NCBI GenBank assembly: GCA_965208835.1
Contig: OZ242358.1
Coordinates: forward strand, 4,192,001 to 4,256,000
Length of the DNA: 64,000 bases
Source of the DNA: Candidatus Latescibacterota bacterium
GTDB taxonomy: Bacteria; Latescibacterota; UBA2968; GCA-2709665
Direction: 5' to 3'
How positions within the stretch are numbered: the first letter of the stretch is position 1; every line of letters begins with the position of its first letter. The translations under genes and the position numbers were made by a program. A model generated the notes under the pieces. It saw only the letters and a program-made list of their open reading frames with translations. It was not told where the DNA came from and did no database searches. This document shows positions 60,152-64,000 of this stretch, piece by piece.

Positions 60152-60309
60152 TATCCGGAGCGAGGGCATCCCTGCCCTCGAACTTCGAGTAACCGACGGA
60201 TTTCCACATCAAGGGCTAATTGCTTCCCAACCGAAACCACGTCTGGAATGACGGCGCGAAGACCATTCCTATTCGCCGTCGAGGGCAGGGATGCCCTCGC
60301 TCCCGGGAA
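60152..60309. repeat. REPIN/BIME-like element, inverted copy of 378-538
   Basis: GGAGCGAGGGCATCCCTGCCCTCG at 60157 and its inverse ending 60303; homologous spacer. Confidence 0.8.
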
Positions 60310-60415
60310 CGCCGACAGGATTAGAAACAAGGAGTGGGGTCACGCCGGTCCAAAATCGTCTTATCCGAGTATTTTTGGACAGCAGTGAGACCGGATAACA
60401 CCAGGAGGAAGCAGG

Positions 60416-61639
60416 ATGCAGTCGATAGATCGGGATCGGTTCCTGGAAGAGGGCTACCTTGTGGTAAAGGAAGCCATTCCCCGGGAAAAGCTGGAGGACG
60501 TCCGTCGGGCCTATGAAGCGCTCGTGAACCGGCAGCGCGAAAACTGGAAGGCCATGCGAAAGGAAGGAGACCCGCCGGGAGGCGAGTGGGAATCCAGCCC
60601 GCAGCCCCGCCTGATGCTCAACCGGCCGCCGCTGGCCAGCGCAATCAGCCGGGAGACGGCGCCCGCCGCGGAGGTGTGGCTCGAGCCGAACATTCACGGC
60701 ATCAGTTCACAGCTTCTGGACGTTGCAGACGCATCGGTCACCGAAATGATGATGATGTGCAATCCGGTTCGGGACCACGGCCCCGCGAAGTGGCATCGCG
60801 ACCACCACCCGATCGACACCGCACCGCTCAAGGGGTACATCGACGACATCCTCGAAGGGGGACCCCGTTACGTTCAGTGGAACATCCCCCTTTACGACGA
60901 CAACGTCCTGTGGGTGATCCCCGGCAGCCACATCCGGTTCAACACGAAAGAGGAAAACGAGTTCCTGCTGGCCGATCCGTGCCAGCCATTGCCGAACGGC
61001 GTCCGGACCCACCTTGAAGGCGGAGACGGCGTTGTCTACATCCTCCCGATACTCCACTGGGGCAGCAACTACAGCCCCAGGTTGAGACGGACCGTTCACG
61101 GCGGATTCTCCACGCATTCGTCGATTGACGATCTTTCATTCGTGGGTCACCTTTCCGCGGGAGCCGCCGCCGCATTCGGGCGATGGAATGACCGGAAGCA
61201 GGAGATGATGAGGTTTTCGGAGGAAGCGCTCAGGGCGGTTGTCGAATGCGACGGGGAGGCGTACATCGAGGCGTTGAACCGGCTCCATCCCCACAGAGGC
61301 GAAAAGGGAAGGCTGCTCTCCACCGTCTTCATGTGCAAAGCGGCCCTGGCGATCCGACTCGCAAGAAACGCCCCGTACCCCGACGTTCCGGACGAACTCT
61401 CCCGCCGGCTTCGGGGCGCACATCCGATTACCCTGAGCTGGGGTCCCGAGTTCGCAAAACGATTCAGCGCATCGGAGGCCGAGACATTGTGGAACCGGTT
61501 CGAACCTCTGGACAGGATGCTCCGGTCGGAGGCGGAGCATTTCGTTCCCGGATTCCAGTCAGGGCCTATGAAATACCACTTCAACGAGATGCCGGAGAAT
61601 TATACGACCTCGGACTTCATTGCAGGATGGACTTCGTAA
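60416..61639 (+). CDS. phytanoyl-CoA dioxygenase family protein with C-terminal helical extension
   Basis: F.EEGYL, WHRD, QWNIPL, VIPGSH, LHWG; AGGAGG RBS. Confidence 0.85.
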   Translation: MQSIDRDRFLEEGYLVVKEAIPREKLEDVRRAYEALVNRQRENWKAMRKEGDPPGGEWESSPQPRLMLNRPPLASAISRETAPAAEVWLEPNIHGISSQLLDVADASVTEMMMMCNPVRDHGPAKWHRDHHPIDTAPLKGYIDDILEGGPRYVQWNIPLYDDNVLWVIPGSHIRFNTKEENEFLLADPCQPLPNGVRTHLEGGDGVVYILPILHWGSNYSPRLRRTVHGGFSTHSSIDDLSFVGHLSAGAAAAFGRWNDRKQEMMRFSEEALRAVVECDGEAYIEALNRLHPHRGEKGRLLSTVFMCKAALAIRLARNAPYPDVPDELSRRLRGAHPITLSWGPEFAKRFSASEAETLWNRFEPLDRMLRSEAEHFVPGFQSGPMKYHFNEMPENYTTSDFIAGWTS

Positions 61640-61865
61640 ACCGGAATAAGGATGCTGCCTGCGGCTCAGGTTCTGACGCTCAGGCATTGTCCGGCGTGGC
61701 AGACTGAAGAGGAGTTGAATGAAGACGTGAGAATCGACGCTACGCCGGAGGAGGTCGCCAGATCGCTATTTAGAGGCGATCCACCGGTTGCGAAATCGGG
61801 CAATGGCGAGCAACCAAAGAGGGAATTCGATTTGTGGCTTGAGGCGCGGAAGGCGTTGGCGGGGC

Positions 61866-62081
61866 TTACTCGGAGACGTCTAAGCGTGCTTCATTTTTGG
61901 CAATTCGTTCGCCGAAGGAATCCAGGCGGGTGTCGATCCGATCCAAGCGGGTTTCGATCTTGTCAAAGCGAGCGTCCATTTTGTCTTCGAGTCTGTTTGT
62001 GAGCGTCCACATGGCACCTATCAGGGTGAACAGGAATACGGCCATGCGGATGTTATCGGCACTAAAGATTTTCCCTATCAT
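61866..62081 (-). CDS. small single-TM coiled-coil protein
   Basis: TM MAVFLFTLIGAMWTL followed by heptads RFDKIET RLDRIDT RLDSFGE; GGAG RBS; good upstream promoter. Confidence 0.7.
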   Translation of the reverse strand: MIGKIFSADNIRMAVFLFTLIGAMWTLTNRLEDKMDARFDKIETRLDRIDTRLDSFGERIAKNEARLDVSE

Positions 62082-62110
62082 TGCATTCTCCGCCTGTGTC
62101 ATTTACTGGA

Positions 62111-62139
62111 AAAATATCCAGGCTATCAACACTTGTCAA
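62111..62139 (-). promoter_or_regulatory. sigma70-type promoter
   Basis: TTGACA-17 bp-TATTTT on minus strand. Confidence 0.6.
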
Positions 62140-62462
62140 GCACGAATACAAGACTCGGCTAATTCACGAAATGATGTATCCCTACCACGGCCGGAATTGT
62201 GAGCGTCTGTCGTGCTTTCCGCATTTATCCTGTCTGGCCATGAGTGTTTGGGTTTATGTAGACGAGAGCTAACCTTGATTCGTAAGTCTTCGGGTACGTA
62301 AATTCGAATATATGATTGTAAATAAAGGCGATTAGACGGCTGATTACCAGGATACACCAGGTCACTGGACGTGAAGGAAGAAACGTCCTTCTATACGTCG
62401 ATAACTCCCTGTTTCAGAGGGTTTTATCGCGTCGCCGCGTTGCTGTTTTTTTCGGATTGAGG

Positions 62463-64000
62463 CTAAAACACGAAGATGTCCTTTGGACCGACCTCGCTGA
62501 CGGAACCGTATTTTTCCAGCGCAGCGAGGTCGATTTTGTCTCTGTCACCCACGATGGATATCAGTTTCACCCGGTTCTTCAGGTTTTTGCCGTAGAACGC
62601 CAGCATGTCGTCCATTTCGGCGGCCTGGATTCTCTCGAATCGCGACTTTCGGGGATCCACGGAAACGCCCAGCCGTTCCCAGGAACGCACGGAGCCCAGG
62701 ACCCGCCGGAAGCTGATCTTGTTTGTGCGATATCGGTTCAGAATGGAGGTGCGCGCTTCTTCGAATCGCTCGGGCGTGACCGGCATGTCGTCTATCAGGC
62801 CTATAAACGCTTCAACGGCCTCGATCGTCTTGTCGGGCTGGCAGGCGATGGAACCCGCCAGGGTATTCTGGTCTCCCTTCCGGTTACCATTGAAATATCG
62901 CGCCCACGCCGAGTAGGCCAGCGAGCGCGCTTCCCGCAGTTCCTGGAAGACGATCCCGCTCATCCCCCCGCCGAAATAGCTGTTATAGAGTTCGGTCGCG
63001 GGGACGGACGCCTCGTTGAAATCCTCATCGCCGAATTCTATATAAACGAGGGCCTGCGCAAGCGGCTTGTGGAAGAAGCGAATCTCGGTCCGTTCGGGAG
63101 TCCGAGCCTTGTAGAACTTGTACGGCGGCGGGTCCTCCAGCGAACCCGGGATCCGATGGTGTTTTTTCAGAGCTGCCAGGACCTGTTGTAAAGGAAGAGA
63201 ACCGGTATAGGCGATGGTGTGTTTGTGTTTGAACAGGCCACGGACCAGTCCGTGAAGTTCCTCTACGGCGAGTTCCCGCAGGGCTTCGTTCGGCAACGCG
63301 CGCAGATATCGGGAGTCCTCGCCGTATCGGTTGAACAGAACGACGCCGCCCTGAATGGTGCGGTGGTTCTTTTTCGCGTCTTCGCGTTCTGCCAGGACGA
63401 TCTTCACGAGTTCGTCAAGGGTCGATTTGTCCGCGGACGGGCTGTTGGCAAGTTCCGCCATAAGAGAAAGCGAAGCCTCGATGTTTTCGTCCAGCCCTGA
63501 GATGGTTACGCTGGTTTCGTTGTTGCCCGCCCGCATCGAGAATTCGGTGCCGATTTTGTACCACTCCTTCTTCAGGGCTTCGGCGTCGTGACGTCCGGTA
63601 CCGGACTTGTCGAGCAACCGGGCGGCCATCCCCATCCTGTTGTTCTGGTTGTTGCCCAGGTCTGCGGTGAACGTTAGTGTGAAGAGATCGTTGATGGGGT
63701 TCCGGGAGTAATAGAGCCGGACGCCATCGTGGTAATCGGCAATCTGATAGTCTTTGCCAGGGTCGACGAAGGAGGGTTCGATCTCCTCGACCGGCATCGC
63801 CAGCACGTTGCCGGCAAAAGCCGACTGGCGGGTGGCGTCGATGTTGATCTTGTCGATCCGGGGCTTCTCGATCTTTGGTATTTCGTGCTGTTCATCGACC
63901 CGGTATCCGGCAACGTAATTGTCCGCGAAATACGTCCGCGCGACGCGGACCACGTCGTCTTTGGTGACCCGCTCCAGACGGGCGATCTCATTGACCGTAT
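62463..64000 (-). CDS. M16 (insulinase) family peptidase, C-terminal half; 5' part outside window
   Basis: YFGGGMSGIVFQELREARSLAYS, SGT...EALK..W..IG; frame open to window edge. Confidence 0.85.
   Translation of the reverse strand, partial: TVNEIARLERVTKDDVVRVARTYFADNYVAGYRVDEQHEIPKIEKPRIDKINIDATRQSAFAGNVLAMPVEEIEPSFVDPGKDYQIADYHDGVRLYYSRNPINDLFTLTFTADLGNNQNNRMGMAARLLDKSGTGRHDAEALKKEWYKIGTEFSMRAGNNETSVTISGLDENIEASLSLMAELANSPSADKSTLDELVKIVLAEREDAKKNHRTIQGGVVLFNRYGEDSRYLRALPNEALRELAVEELHGLVRGLFKHKHTIAYTGSLPLQQVLAALKKHHRIPGSLEDPPPYKFYKARTPERTEIRFFHKPLAQALVYIEFGDEDFNEASVPATELYNSYFGGGMSGIVFQELREARSLAYSAWARYFNGNRKGDQNTLAGSIACQPDKTIEAVEAFIGLIDDMPVTPERFEEARTSILNRYRTNKISFRRVLGSVRSWERLGVSVDPRKSRFERIQAAEMDDMLAFYGKNLKNRVKLISIVGDRDKIDLAALEKYGSVSEVGPKDIFVF

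Noticed and set aside
61700-61810. Peptide EDVRIDATPEEVARSLF resembling small ORFs near IS1595-type elements
   Set aside because: No convincing start, transposase or terminal repeats.

Overview
GC-rich bacterial window with three zones. (1) 0.8-23.4 kb is a mostly minus-strand uptake and catabolism cluster: a TPR protein, a CRTAC1/ASPIC-UnbV protein, an Opp/Dpp-type ABC transporter split by an oppositely oriented PcRGLX/YetA-like lyase gene, two Gfo/Idh/MocA oxidoreductases, an M14 peptidase, a transglutaminase-like protein and three homocysteine S-methyltransferase-family genes (two from a recent tandem duplication). About 11 copies of a 130-200 bp repeat with heptamer arms fill its intergenic spaces. 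(2) 24-46 kb is an accessory/defence island: orphan or decayed toxin-antitoxin parts, an AlbA_2/RecG-like ATP-binding regulator, a 5' fragment of a group II intron, a type I R-M operon carrying a Gabija-like OLD nuclease + UvrD pair and a GmrSD-type (DUF262-DUF1524) gene between hsdS and hsdR, then a YgjP/M48-like gene, mrr and pseudogenes. (3) 46-64 kb holds a class V PLP enzyme, an AAA_14-DUF4143 ATPase bracketed by matching triads of 23-bp-period direct repeats, a TolC-MFP-RND pump, two phytanoyl-CoA dioxygenase-family genes, a partial M16 peptidase, and many REP/MITE-like and self-nested palindromes. No rRNA, tRNA, CRISPR array, integrase or intact transposase was seen. All family calls come from motif recognition by eye, not database searches.
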